Origin: Squalus acanthias
Lineage: Eukaryota
Direction: 5' to 3'
Length of the DNA: 64,000 bases
Assembly: GCA_030390025.1 (NCBI GenBank)
Contig: CM059432.1
Location: 44,704,001 to 44,768,000, forward strand
The notes under the pieces are model-generated. The model was not told the DNA's origin, searched no databases, and was given only the letters and a program-made list of their open reading frames with translations. The stretch's first letter is position 1. Each line of letters opens with the position of its first letter. This document shows, one piece after another, positions 23,151 to 35,232 of the stretch. The position numbers and the translations under genes are program-made.

Positions 23151-24377
23151 CTAAGCAAATCTGGCCAAGATCAGTGCATCCCGGGCAACAATGTGCTCAC
23201 GTGCTGCTGCCGCTGGTTGATGTGCCTCTGCAAGCTGTTCGTTGTCGCTCTCCTCCGCCTCCTCCTCCTCCTCATCTGAGGAGGCTATGCGATGAGCCAC
23301 TTGTACCTCAGGCAGCTGCAAGCCACGATGCTGTGCCATGTTGTGAAGTGCACAGCAGACCACGACGATTCTGGAGACCCTGGCTGCTGAGTACTGCAGG
23401 GCTCCACCTGATCTATCAAAGCATCTGAATCGCATCCTCAGCAAGCCGTTGGTTTGCTTGATAATGGATCTTGTGGAAATGTGGCTGGAGTTGTAGCACT
23501 CCTCAGCTTCGTTGGATGGCCTCCTCAACGGCGTCATTAGCCATGACTTCAGGGATAGCCCTTGTCTCCAAGTAGCCATCCGTAAAGTTGGTCTGGCGGA
23601 TTGAAGAGCAGAGGCACACTAGATTTTCGCAGAATGAAGGAGTCATGGCAACTGCCAGGGTACTTTGTGCAAACATGCAAAATTTCCTTATTGTGGTTAC
23701 ACACCAGCTGCACATTGAGGGAGTGGAAGCCCTTGCAGTTGACAAAAATACCTGGATTGTGATGGGGTGCCTTAAGGGCCATATGTGTGCAGTCTATGAC
23801 ACCCTGCACCCTTGGAAAGCCTGCCAGATTAGCAAAGCCAACCGCACATGCGGTTACACTTGCTTGCTCCTTGGAGAAGTTGATGTAATTGTGGGCATTG
23901 GCAAAGAGGGCATCGGTTACCTGCGTGATGCAAGTGTGTGCGGCCGCCTGGGAGATGCCGCTGATGTCTGCTGTTGATCCCTGGAATGAGCCTGAAGCAA
24001 AAAAGTTGAGTGCGGTGGTGACTTTGACGGCCACTGGTAAGGGGTTTTCACCCGCTCCTCTGGACTCCAGGTCTTGCTGCAGCATTGCACAGATGTCACC
24101 CACTACCTCTCGCGAAAGTCTGAGCCTCCTTTGGCACTGCTGCTCAGTCATGTTGAGGTAGCTCATTCTCTGTCTGTAAACCCTGTTTTGGGCGGCGATG
24201 TCCTTCCCTGCGCTGGCGCCTTCTGGCCTGTGCAGCTTCAGGTGGCTGAGCAGCAGGTTGGCGCTCCTGTTGTTGCTGCTGCTGTAGGTGCTGCTGTTGC
24301 TCCGGGTGCTGCTGCTGCCGCGGCTGGTCTTCATCCGAATCTGATGTCCAGGAGGAAAGGAAATAAATGGTTCCCAT
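23151..24377 (-). pseudogene. Harbinger DDE transposase of element 2, disrupted
   Basis: Motifs [36 protein letters not shown] and CCALHN. Two frameshifts (about 24180 and 23550). The catalytic Glu position reads K (RSIIKQT). The N-terminus is polyQ-like. Confidence 0.9.
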
Positions 24378-25519
24378 GCTGCTGGTATATACCTCAGTTG
24401 AGGAAGCGCTCAGTCAAGGTGGGGAGAGAGGGTTTCCCAGGAGGTCACTGGAGATGGATCTCAGCTTCAAAACTTCCAAAATGAGTAGGCCTGCTAAAAG
24501 TTCTCCCAGACCTGAGAAAAGAAAGTTCTGCCACCTGCAAATGATCATTGTAGAAAACTCCTATTTAATGGTGGAGCTGCAGCTGTTAGTAAGCCATCCA
24601 CTTGTGAGCCCACCAGGATTAACTGGCGTGTTCCAGGGGAGACGTGCAGCACGCGGGAAATGTGTTAAAGTCAGAAAGGCCTCTCAAAATGGCATTATAG
24701 AGGCACTTAAGTGCTTGTTAAGGGCCTTAAGGGCCTATCCCGCCTCTTGGAGGCGGGACCGAAATGGGGTCTGAAAGCCCACTTTTGGGAAAGTTGCTCA
24801 GAGGCGGGCTGGAGGCGGGACCGGAGTCAGCCGCCATTTTTTGCAACTTTCCCACCTGACACACCTCCAAACCCGCCTCCTCGGTCCTGGCAAAATCCAG
24901 CCCAGTGTATTTCTGGTGCAAGGGAAATTTCTAGGCACATGATAGTGCCCCAGCAACATTTCTGCTTCTGATTATGAATTACCTGTGAGGAGCTGTAAAA
25001 GCAGAAAATGCTGGAAATATATGGCAAGTCCATGTCTACCTTAAACATTAACCTATCTTTTCTCTTTTCAGTTGCTAATGTACCAGCTGTGTATTTCCAA
25101 CATTTTCTGTATTACTTCAGATTACTCAGCAACCCCTGCTGCTGTTTCTTTTCACCTCCTTGTGGAAAGATAATTCACATCATTAGGAATACAAGTGGCT
25201 ACGAAACAGGACCCATATATCTCCCCAACACTATTCTGTGACACCACCAAGACAGTCATCAAGGGCCATATTATTCCTTTCTCCTGCCAAAAAGGAGAAA
25301 TTACTGCAAACCTAGAAGCTAACACATGGAGCTAAAAACCTGAAACAAAAGCACTAATCCAACAGCAATTATTCCTGATCCAGGCCAGAGATGAGCAAAG
25401 CAGCCTAGTGCCTTCACTGGGAGGCTTTAGGTACTTCTCACCCTTTAATGTGGCCCCTGTCACTTCAGGTGCTGCAGCAGTAGTCCCACTGCAGGATTGC
25501 TGGAATTTCCACTTGCCAC

Positions 25520-25722
25520 AGAATAACTAGCCTCTGTCTTGCTCTAGTAGCCACGGCATTTATGCGGCTAGTCCAGTTGAGCTTCTGGTCAACGGTGACC
25601 CCCTAGAATTTTGATGCCGGGGAACTCGGTGATGGTAATGCCATTGAATGTCAAGGGAAGATGGTTAGACTTTCTCTTGTTGGAGATGGCCTACATCCAC
25701 TTATCAGCCTAAGCCAGGATGT
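25520..25722 (-). mobile_element. LINE family X-related RT fragment
   Basis: GTCCAGTTGAGCTTCTGGTCAACGGTGACCCC and GCCATTGAATGTCAAGGG match 16076-16160. Confidence 0.6.
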
Positions 25723-25962
25723 GGAGGAGAGGGAGGTGGAGAGGTAGAGGCGTTTAGGGATTACATAGGATTACGTATAGGATTACATAGGATATACAGC
25801 ACAGAAACAGGCCATTCGGCCCAACTAATTCGAGCTTCCTCCCATCTTTCCTCATCTAACTCTATCAGCATGACCCTCTATTCCCTTCTCCCTCGTATGC
25901 TTATATAGCTTTCCCTTAAATGCATCTATACTATTCGCTTCAACCACTCCCTGTGGTAGTGA

Positions 25963-28662
25963 TGTTAGATCTTAATAATGTCTGAGTTCTTGGACAAGAC
26001 ACCAATAGGCAGCAGCCAGTATGTTTGAGCAATAGATCAAGATTTATTAAGCTTACAGCGTAATATACTTAATATTAGGCGATAGTTTTAATGAGTAGCT
26101 CGCAGCCCTTGGTCTCTGGAACCTCTCGGACACAGATGACGTCGTCTTAAGTCTGTTCCTTTAGGGGAATTTATAATGGGGAACAAAGAAATGGCAGACC
26201 AATTAAATACATACTTTGGTTCTGTCTTCACAAAGGAGGACACAAATAAACTCCCAGAGATGTCGGGGAACATAGGATCTAATGAGAGGGAGGAATTGAA
26301 TGAAATCAGTATTTGTAGGGAAATGGTGTTAGGGAAATTGACGGGATTGAAGGCTGATAAATCCCCAGGGCCTGATAATCTACATCCTAGGGTACTTAAG
26401 GAAGTGGCCCTAGAAATAGTAGATGCATTGCTGGTCATCTTTCAAAATTCTATAGACTCTGGAACAGTTCCCATGGATTGGAGGGTAGCTAATGTAACCC
26501 CACTATTTAAAAAAGGTGGTAGAGAAAAAACGGGGAATTATAGCCTGACATCGGTAGTGGGCAAAATGCTAGAGTCCATCATAAAAGATGTAATAGCAGA
26601 GCACTTGGAAAACAGTGACAGGATTGGACAAAGTCAACATGGATTTACAAAAGGGAAATCATGACTGACTAATCTACTGGAATTTTTTGAGGATGTAACT
26701 GGTAGAATAGATAAGGGAGAAACAGTGGATGTGGTGTATTTGACTTTCAGAAGGCTTTCGATAAGGTCCCGCATAAGAGATTAGCGTGCAAAGTTAAAGC
26801 ACATGGGATTGGGGGTAAGGTACTGACTTGGATAGAGAACTGGTTGGCAGACAGGAAGCAAAGAGTTGGAATAAACGGGTCTTTTTCCAAGTGGCAGGTA
26901 GTGACTAGTGAGGTACCACAGGGATCGGTGCTAGGACCCCAGCTATTCACAATATATATTAATGATCTAGACGAGGGAACTAGATGTAATATCTATAAGT
27001 TTGCAGACGACACAAAGCTGGGTGGGTGTGTGTGCTGTGAGGAGGATGCAAAGAAACTCCAGTATGATTTGGACAGGTTGGGTGATTGGGCAGGTGCATG
27101 GCAGATGCAGTATAATGTGGATAAATGCGAGGTTATCCACTTTGGTGGCAAAAACAGGAAGACAGATTATTATCTGAATGGCAATAGATCGGGAAAAGGG
27201 GAAGTGCAACGAGATCTGGGAGTCCTTGTGCACCAGTCGCTGAAGGTAAGCATGCAGGTGCAGCAGGCGGTTAAGAAGGCAAATGGTATGTTGGCCTTCA
27301 TAGCGAGAGGATTTGAGTACAGGAGCAAGGATGTCTTGCTGCAGTTGTACAAGGCCTTGGTGAGACCACACCTTGAGTATTGTGTGCAGTTTTGGTCGCC
27401 TTATCTGAGGAAGGATGTTCTTGCCATGGAGGGAGTGCAGAGAAGATTTACCAGACTGATACCTGGGATGGCAGGAATGACGTATGAAGAGAGATTGTGT
27501 CGATTAGGCTTATATTCGCTAGAGTTCAGAAGAATGAGAGGGGATCTCATTGAAACTTATAAAATTCTAACAGGACTAGACAGACTAGATGCAGGAAGGA
27601 TGTTCCCGATGGCGGGGGAGTCCAGAACCAGAGGTCACAGTCTAAGGATAAGGGGTAAGCCATTTAGGACTGAGATGAGGAGAAATTTCTTCACCCAGAG
27701 AATGGTGAACCTGTGGAATTCTCTACCACAGGAGGCAGTTGAGGCCAATTCATTAAATATATTCAAGAAGGAGATAGATATATTTCTTAAGGCTAAAGGG
27801 ATCAAGGGATATGGGGAGAAAGTAGGGACAGGGTACTGAATTTGGATGATCAGCCATGATCTCATTAAATGGCGGAGCAGGCTCGAGGGGCCGAATGGCC
27901 TACTCCTGCTCCTATCTTCCATGCTTCTATGCTATGCTTCCTTTGTTCTTGCAGTAAGTCTGTGTAAAGTTGTTCTTTGAGTATCGAGGTTTTAACCCTT
28001 TTCTTATCAAAAGTTGGTTTGGCCAGTGTCCATGTATGGTCTTTAACAAAATCTCCTTCTTTAATTGGTTCTAATGATCAAAATAGCATTGTCACTCAGG
28101 TTAAGGCTAGTAACCTGGCCACTCATTTTCCAGTACATTTCCACTTACTCTGCCCCGCTGTCGTGTTATCTTGTTTATAGCTTTTCACCCCATTGGAATT
28201 TACCATATCTCTTTCATTTCATAACCTCCCTGGTACAAGGCCTTTCTACACCAAGGGCCCATATCAGCGCTGTTTCACTAGTCTTGAGGTATCCAGACTA
28301 TCTCACTTTAATCTACCAGATAAATACCTTATCTCCATGATCTCTCTCATTTTATGTCCTTATACTAATTATTTTTTAAATATCTTTGCAATGAGTTTTG
28401 TTAAGCGAATTCTAATTTTGACTGAGCATCATAATATGTTATTTAGCAATTTAACCTTTACTCGCAGCCTGTGGCTGTTTGTTATCAAAGCTTAGTCAAA
28501 AGCAGTTTTGACTGTCTTTGCAGCTGCATTTTGAACAAGTGTTAGTATTTTAGTTACCCAGGAGTAATTATGGGAAATATTATTTGTTCAATGGTTACAC
28601 TTGAATTTATATGTATATGATTCTCGTCTACTCAATATCTCTAAATATCAGCCTTTCGTACA
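25963..28662 (-). mobile_element. Solo LTR (about 918 bp after removing the nested CR1)
   Basis: TGT...ACA termini and an exact 4-bp TSD GTGA (25959-25962 / 28663-28666) that restores the CR1 sequence. Minus-strand AATAAA at 26043-26048. Confidence 0.8.
26163..27937 (+). mobile_element. CR1 LINE copy B, 5'-truncated, inserted in the solo LTR
   Basis: RT motifs QHGFTKGKS, PQGSVLGP, FADDTKL and LVRPHLEYCVQFW. CTATGCTT-type tail. TSD TTCCTTT at 26156-26162 / 27938-27944. Confidence 0.92.
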
Positions 28663-29642
28663 GTGAGTTCCACATTCTCACCACTCTCTGGGTAAAGAAG
28701 TTCCTTCTGAATTCCCTATTTGATTTCTTGGTGACTATCTTATATTGATGGGCTCTAGTTTTGCTCTTCCCCACAAGTGGAAACACTCTCTCTGTAGTTA
28801 CTCTATCAAAACCTTTCATAATTTTAAAGACCTCTATTAGGTCACCCATCAGCCTTCTCTTTTCAAGAGAAAAGAGACCCAGCCTGTTCATCCTTTCCTG
28901 ATAGGCATACCCTCGCATTTCTGGTATCATCCTTGTAAATCTTTTTAGCACTTTCTCCAGTGCCTCTATATCCTTTTTATAACATGTCAACCAGAATTAT
29001 ACTCAATACTCCAAGTGTGGTCTAACCAAGGTTCAATACAAGTTCAGCATAACTTCCCTACATTTCAATTCTATCCCACTAAAAATAAACCCTAGTGCTT
29101 AGTTTGCTTTTTTTATGGCCTTGTTAACCTGTGTCACTACTTTCAGCGATTATGTATTTGTACTCCGAGATCCCTTTGCTCTTCTATTCCACTTAGATTC
29201 CTATTTTCCAAGTAATATGTGACCTCCCTATTCTTCCTACCAAAATGTAATACCTCACACTTATCTGTGTTGAATTCCATTTGCCAATTATATGCCCATT
29301 CTGGAAGTTTATTAATATCTTCTTGTAATTTATTGCAGTCCTCCTCAGTATTGACTATCCCTCCAACCACCCCCCCCCCCCCGCAATTTAGTGCCATCTG
29401 CAAATTTAGAAATTGTGTTTTGATTCCAATGTCTAAATCATTAATATAAATTATGAAAATCAGTGGTCCCAGCTCTGATCCTTGTGGAACACCACTTCCC
29501 ACCTTCTGCCACTGTGAATAGCTACCCTTTCCCCTTACTCTCTGCTTACTGTCTTGAAGCGGAGATGCCGGTGTTGGACTGGGGTGGACAAAATTGAGAG
29601 GTCGCACAACACCAGGTTATAGTCCAACAGTTTTATTTGAAA

Positions 29643-29680
29643 TCACAAGCTTTCGGAGCTATCGCTCCTTCCTCAGGTGA
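29643..29680 (-). ncRNA. Minimal type I hammerhead ribozyme motif (inverted copy)
   Basis: Exact reverse complement of 31052-31089. Confidence 0.75.
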
Positions 29681-29815
29681 AGTAAATTGGATACAGAATC
29701 GCCAGAGCATATATAGATGGAAAAAAAAGCATGTGTACTTTACAATTGCAGACCAATAAATTAAATCCTCCTGACTATCTGCCGAGGTGTGATAAAGTTA
29801 ATTAAGTCAGCCAGG

Positions 29816-30718
29816 AAGCCCACGGACAACCTCACGATGCTCCACTTCTCCAGCTTCCACCCTAACCATGTTAAAGAAGCCATCCCCTATGGACAAGCCC
29901 TGCGAATACACAGGATCTGCTCAGACGAGGAGGAACGCGATGGACACCTACGGACGCTGAAAAACGCCCTCGTAAGAACGGGATATGACGCTCGACTCAT
30001 CGATCGACAGTTCCGACGGGCCACAGCGAAAAATCGCATAGACCTCCTCAGAAGGCAAACACGGGACACAACCAACAGGGTACCCTACGTCGTCCAGTAC
30101 TTCCCCGGAGCGGAGAAACTACGACATGTTCTTCGCAGCCTTCAACATGTCATCGATGACGACAAACACCTCGCTAAGGCCATCCCCACGCCTCCACTAC
30201 TTGCCTTCAAACAGCCGCCTAACCTCAGAAGTACCATCGTTCGCAGCAAATTACCCAGCTTTCAGGATAACAGCGACCACGACACCACACAACCCTGCCA
30301 TGGCAAACTCTGCAAGACATGCCAGATCATCAACACAGATACCACCATCACATGTGAGGACACTACCCACCAGGTACATGGTACATACTCATGTGACTCG
30401 GCCAGCGTTGTCTACCTCATACGTTGCAGGAAAGAATGCACCGCGGCATGGTACATCGGCGAGACCATGCAGACACTGAGACAACGTATGAACGAGCACC
30501 GCGCAACAATCGCCAGGCAGGATTGTTACCTCCCAGTCGGGGAACACTTCAGCAGTCAAGGACATTCAGCCTCGGATCTGCGGGTAAGCGTTCTCCAAGG
30601 CAACCTTAGAAACACACGACAACGCAAAATCATCGAGCAGAAACTGATAGCCAAGTTCCGCACTCATGAAGACGGTCTCAATCGGGATCTTGGGTTTATG
30701 TCACGATACATGACGTGA
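29816..30718 (+). CDS. Penelope ORF C-terminus: RT thumb region plus GIY-YIG endonuclease (5'-truncated, open frame)
   Basis: KPTDN...SFHP...IPYGQALRIHRICS, CKTC linker, VVYLIRC..C..WYIGET..LRQRMNEH, EHF, E..LI and GLN motifs. Confidence 0.85.
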   Translation, partial: KPTDNLTMLHFSSFHPNHVKEAIPYGQALRIHRICSDEEERDGHLRTLKNALVRTGYDARLIDRQFRRATAKNRIDLLRRQTRDTTNRVPYVVQYFPGAEKLRHVLRSLQHVIDDDKHLAKAIPTPPLLAFKQPPNLRSTIVRSKLPSFQDNSDHDTTQPCHGKLCKTCQIINTDTTITCEDTTHQVHGTYSCDSASVVYLIRCRKECTAAWYIGETMQTLRQRMNEHRATIARQDCYLPVGEHFSSQGHSASDLRVSVLQGNLRNTRQRKIIEQKLIAKFRTHEDGLNRDLGFMSRYMT

Positions 30719-31051
30719 TCCGGACTCGAGTCGTCGTTAGCTTGTTCACAGATGTGATTCCCAGTAAAAAAGTAAAAATTTTCCCAGTAAAAAAGTAATT
30801 TTTTTTTAAAGCTTTTCGTTTTACATACAGATGGCAGCTTTTGACATGTTGGAACCCCTGCGACTACACCTCATTGTCTCAGTTGTATCTTGCTATGTCT
30901 TTTGATGTGGTACCTTCCTGGCTGACTTAATTAACTTTATCACACCTCGGCAGATAGTCAGGAGGATTTAATTTATTGGTCTGCAATTGTAAAGTACACA
31001 TGCTTTTTTTTCCATCTATATATGCTCTGGCGATTCTGTATCCAATTTACT

Positions 31052-31089
31052 TCACCTGAGGAAGGAGCGATAGCTCCGAAAGCTTGTGA
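31052..31089 (+). ncRNA. Minimal type I hammerhead ribozyme motif
   Basis: TCAC-CTGAGGA-A-GGAGC-GATA-GCTCC-GAAA-GC-TT-GTGA: stem I TCAC/GTGA, core CUGANGA and GAAA, 5-bp stem II, palindromic AAGCTT at stem III. Confidence 0.75.
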
Positions 31090-32494
31090 TTTCAAATAAA
31101 ACTGTTGGACTATAACCTGGTGTTGTGCGACCTCTCAATACTGTCTTGAAGCCAGCTAGTTATCCATTCTGCTAGTTGGCTCCTGACTCTGCATGTTCTG
31201 ACCTTATTCATTAGTCTATTATGTGGTACCTTAGCAAAGGCCTTTTGAAAATCTAGATAAATTACATCTACTGCATTACCCTTGTCTACTCTCTCTGTTA
31301 CCTCTTCAAAAAAATTCAATGAGGTTGGTCAAGCACGACTTTCCCTTTTGAAATCCATACTGACTATTCATTATTATATTTTTGGCTTCTAGAATGTTCT
31401 TCTATTTTCTCATTTAGTAGGGATTCCATTATTTTTCCTACCACCGATGTTAAGCTGACTGGTCTATAGTTCCCTGGACATGTTCTATCTCCATTCTTAA
31501 ATATAGGTATTACGTCAGCTATCCACCAGTCCTCTTGCACTACATCTTGTTCTAATGAATTTTTAAATATTTGTAGTAATGCCTCTGCTATCTCTTCCTC
31601 AGATTCTTTTAAAATGCGTGGATGTCATCCGTCTGGACCAGAGGTTTTATCCTCTTTGAGTTTGATTAGTTTATTTAATATTTCTCCTCTTTTTATTTTA
31701 AATGCAGTTATCTAATTTCTAATCTTATCATCTGATGTCATGCCCACCTGTTCTGTCTCCCTGGTAAATACTGAAGCAAAGTAAATATTTAATATTTCTG
31801 CCATCTCTCTATCGCTGCCTGTGATATTATCCTATCCATCCCTTAGTGGCCCTATTCCCATCCCGATTTTTGTTTTTTTATTTATGTGCCTGCAAAATAT
31901 TTTATTATTTTGTTTTATGTTCCTTGATAATTTAATTTAATAGTTCCTTTTTGCCTTTCTAATTTTTTTTGACTTCTCTCCTAATCTCTTTATATTCCCT
32001 ATTGTCATGCTCTCCCCTGCTGTCCTTGTACTTAGTGTATGCCTCTTTTCTTACCCTCAATTTTTCCCTTAGGTCTTTATTCATCCATGGTGTCTCATTA
32101 GTATTTAGCTTGTTCTTGTTTTTTAGTGGAATATATTTTTCCCGGATTCTGTTGAACACCATTTTAAATATTTCCCACTGCTGCTCTATATCATTGTTTG
32201 CCAATATTGTTGTCCATTTTATTTTCCCAAGTTCTATTCTCAACCCCGCAAAATTGGCTTTTCTCCAATCTATTACCCTGGTCTTCATCATAAAGATGTC
32301 CTTCTCAATTATTATCTTAAAGCGTAGTATATGATGGTCACTGTTGCCTAGGTGTTCCTTACTTTTACTTCTTTTATCTGTTCTGGTTCATTCTGCATTA
32401 CTAGATCTAATCGCGAATCCTCCCTTGTTGGGCTTCTTACATATTGGGTTAGAAAGGAGTCCTGTACACATTGTAGGAGTCCTGTACACATTGT

Positions 32495-33400
32495 GGAGAA
32501 TTCCAGAGCGTGGGACCTGGGCGGCTGAAGGCACAGCTTCCCATGGTGGGGTGAATGAAGAGGGGTGTACAACAGGCCTGCGTCAGCGGTATGGAGAGTT
32601 CTAGGAGGGGTTATAGGGTTGGAGGAAGTTACAAAGCTAGGCCATGAAGGGTTTTAAATATGGGGTAGAGTATTTTAAATGAAGTATTGGAGGACTGGGA
32701 GTCAGTGTGAATGAGCAAAGCCAGGTGTGATGGGTGAGAGCAATGGAGCATGGAGGATGGGATGCCAGGCAGGAGAACATTGGAGTAGTTGTGTTCGGAG
32801 GTGAAAAAAGCATTGATGAGGGTTTCAGCAGCAGATGGACTGAGGTAGGTATGGAGGAGGACAATGCTCTGAAGTTGGAAGTAGGTAGTCTTTGTGATAG
32901 AGAGGATATGTGGTCAGAAGCTCGGCTCAGGGTCAAACATGCCGAGGCCGTGAACAGTCTGGTTCAATCTGCTAATGATGTTTTTTGTCCTGCCAAGGCT
33001 TAGCTGGAGAAAATTACAACTCGTCCAAGACTGGATATCGGGCAAGCAGTCTGATGACATAGTGGAGAGATTGCAGGAGATGGTGGAGAGGCAGAGCTGA
33101 GTGTCACTAGTATACATGTGAAAGTTGACTCCATGACTATGGATGATGTTGCCAGGGTGGCATGTAGATGAAGAAGAGAAGGAGGCCAAGGATAGATCCT
33201 TGGGGGACTCCGGAGGTGACTGTATGGGGCAGGATAAGAAGCCATTGCTGCAGATATTATATCGATGATATGGATAATTGGATAGTTAAGAGTTGCAGCA
33301 AGTGAGGACAGTCCCACTAAGCTGAACAATGGAGGAGAGCCGTTGGAGGAGCATGGTATAGTCAACTGAGTCAAAGGCTGTAGAGAGGTCAATGAGGGAT
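32495..33400 (-). mobile_element. L2 LINE fragment; its 3' part lies at 25722-25760
   Basis: Peptides IIHSHGVNFHMYTSDTQL, SCNFLQL and LGMFDPEPSF. TTTAGGGA (25760) joins GAATTCCAGAGC (32498) as in the unsplit copy at 33670-33695. Confidence 0.7.
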
Positions 33401-33599
33401 AATGCCTGGTGGGTGGGGTCAGTGGGATGAAAAGGAGGTTGGTGAGGGTAGCTCCCAGCAGGTTTGCTGGGTGGGAAGATTAGTCACAGAAGAGGATGGA
33501 ACAGTTGGGGTTGCTCTTAAGGAGGCAGTGACAGGTGCCTTGATGGTGAGTTTGGAGAATGCCAAGAATGAAAAATGAGCCAAAGACTGAGAAATTAGG

Positions 33600-33740
33600 A
33601 AGGTGACCAAAGGTTTGGTTAAAATGCTGCATTTTAAGACAAGTTGTAAAGGAAGAGAGGGTGGTAAAAGGCTTTAGAGAGGGAATTCCAGAGAGTGGGA
33701 CCGAGCCAGATGAAGTCACGGCCATCAGTGGTGAGATGAT
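33600..33740 (-). mobile_element. L2 3' fragment
   Basis: GGTGACCAAAGGTTTGGTTAAA...GGCTTTAGAGAGGGAATTCCAGAGAGTGGGACC resembles 25750-25760 joined to 32498-32520. Confidence 0.5.
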
Positions 33741-34888
33741 GGGTAGGGAAATCCAAAAGAGAAAATCCTAGAATTGTTTAAGAATTAGCTGGTTGTCACG
33801 ATTGTTATGTATTTCCAGATGGATGAACAAAATTGAGCCAAATGACCTTCCTCCTCTGTAATTATCTTGAGTGGTCTGACTAGCACACTATACAGTTTGA
33901 GCATAACTTCTGCTCTACTGTTTCATGTGAAACCCATCCCTACATAGGCAAGAACCTCAATATTCTCCTGATCCAGCCAAATTATCCTGGCCCCCAAAAG
34001 GGCAATGGTCCTCACACATGCATAAAGCTGCAGCAACAACCCCAATGTAATAATGCAATCTCATGTGACTAAACTACACAGTAGCTGAACAAGACATATG
34101 AATGTATTATTTTCTTTGAATAAAAAATTGTAAAAAGAACCTTTGATTTTAGCTTTCATTATTTCCATTAATATCGCCTAAATATTCATGAAGCATGTTG
34201 AAGTTAAAACGGTTTTATCTTTGATTGCTGTCTCCCTGCAGCAGCATTTCGTAACCATCACTATTTTATCTACACTGTGCGTAAAGCAGTTAATATGTGA
34301 GCTCTCTGAAAGGTATCACTGTGTGCATAAAGTAGGCTGTGATTGAATTAGGTTTCAAAAGCCTGTCACTGTTTATCTATTGGTGCACTTTCAATATAAA
34401 GGATAATTGATGTTTCAAAAAGTTTCTTAAAAGTCATTTGCAACTCATTATTGCAGTAATATGCCATGGATGAAAAAGCAACCTCAATTATTAATGAATG
34501 GCTGCTAAATTTATGTAAATGTATCGTTCTATTTGCGGAGGATAGCTGAGACATTTGAGAACACTTCATATTGGGATGATGTACTCAGCCATCTCATGCT
34601 GATCTTTACAGCACAGGCATGATAAGCCTGTAGCATTGCTGAGGACATTCCTGGAGAAGGCTCTTGACCAGCCATCACCTTGAATTACTTCTCTTTTTCA
34701 TATCCTGCCAGGCATTCCTACTTATGAGACAGTTTGAATTAGTGCAGTGCACCAGTATAGCTAATATAGCCATGTGCAGATAGGCTTAAACAAAGTCTGG
34801 ACAGGAAGCACGACTGAGTTCGAAAATAGTACCTGGTTTGTCCACAGCATATCCAGATATTAGTTTTTTAATTGTTTAAACATTATTT

Positions 34889-35200
34889 ATGAGTTCAAAT
34901 CCCACCACGGCCGCTGGGGAATTTAACTTCAGTTAATTAAATAAATCTGGAATAACAAGCTAGTGTCTGGAATAACAAGCTAGTGTCAGTAATGGTGAAA
35001 CATATAAAATTGTTGTAAAAACCCATCTGGTTCACTAATGTCCTTTAGGGAAGGAAATCTGTCATCCTTACCTGGTCTGGCCTATATGTGACTCCAGACC
35101 CACAGCAATGACCTAGCAAGCCACTCAGTTGGCTAGGGATGGGCTATAAATGCTGGGCTTGCCAGCAACGCCCACATCCTGTGAATTAATTGAAAAATAA
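34889..35200 (+). mobile_element. Bipartite SINE: family X 5' head/UTR fused to family X 3' tail
   Basis: B box GTTCAAATCC at 34893-34902. 34891-35131 matches 46219-46459, and 35133-35190 matches 52588-52645. Confidence 0.85.
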
Positions 35201-35232
35201 ATCAGGTATATAAGGATTGCTACCAGAGTGCG

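Larger units (their letters stand above)
20619..24903. mobile_element. Full-length PIF/Harbinger DNA transposon 2 (4285 bp)
   Basis: Perfect 13-bp TIR GGGCTGGATTTTG / CAAAATCCAGCCC. The 3-bp flanks are AGA/AGT. Convergent Myb-like (+) and transposase (-) genes lie inside. Confidence 0.92.
29561..31138 (+). mobile_element. Penelope-like element 1 with inverted pseudo-LTR
   Basis: GIY-YIG ORF. A 226-bp inverted repeat pairs 29593-29818 with 30914-31139. Exact 14-bp TSD TACTGTCTTGAAGC at 29547-29560 / 31139-31152. Confidence 0.93.
25758..32494 (-). mobile_element. CR1 LINE copy A (degenerate), host to a solo LTR and a Penelope element
   Basis: (ATTACATAGG)n-type tail at 25758-25792. RT and EN peptides GVPQGSELGP, YLDFQKAFAKV and TRVIDWRKANF. 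The sequence is continuous across both insertions. Confidence 0.85.

Noticed and set aside
23151..24377. Host HARBI1 gene
   Set aside because: It lies within TIRs, is multi-copy in the window and is frameshifted, so it is a transposon copy and not the domesticated gene.
24990..25130. Third Penelope pLTR or hammerhead
   Set aside because: It resembles 44660-44745 but is too decayed and lacks the CTGANGA core.
29789..29815. Start of the 309-aa Penelope ORF (MIKLIKSAR)
   Set aside because: These codons come from the inverted pLTR arm. The real ORF is 5'-truncated at about KPTDN.
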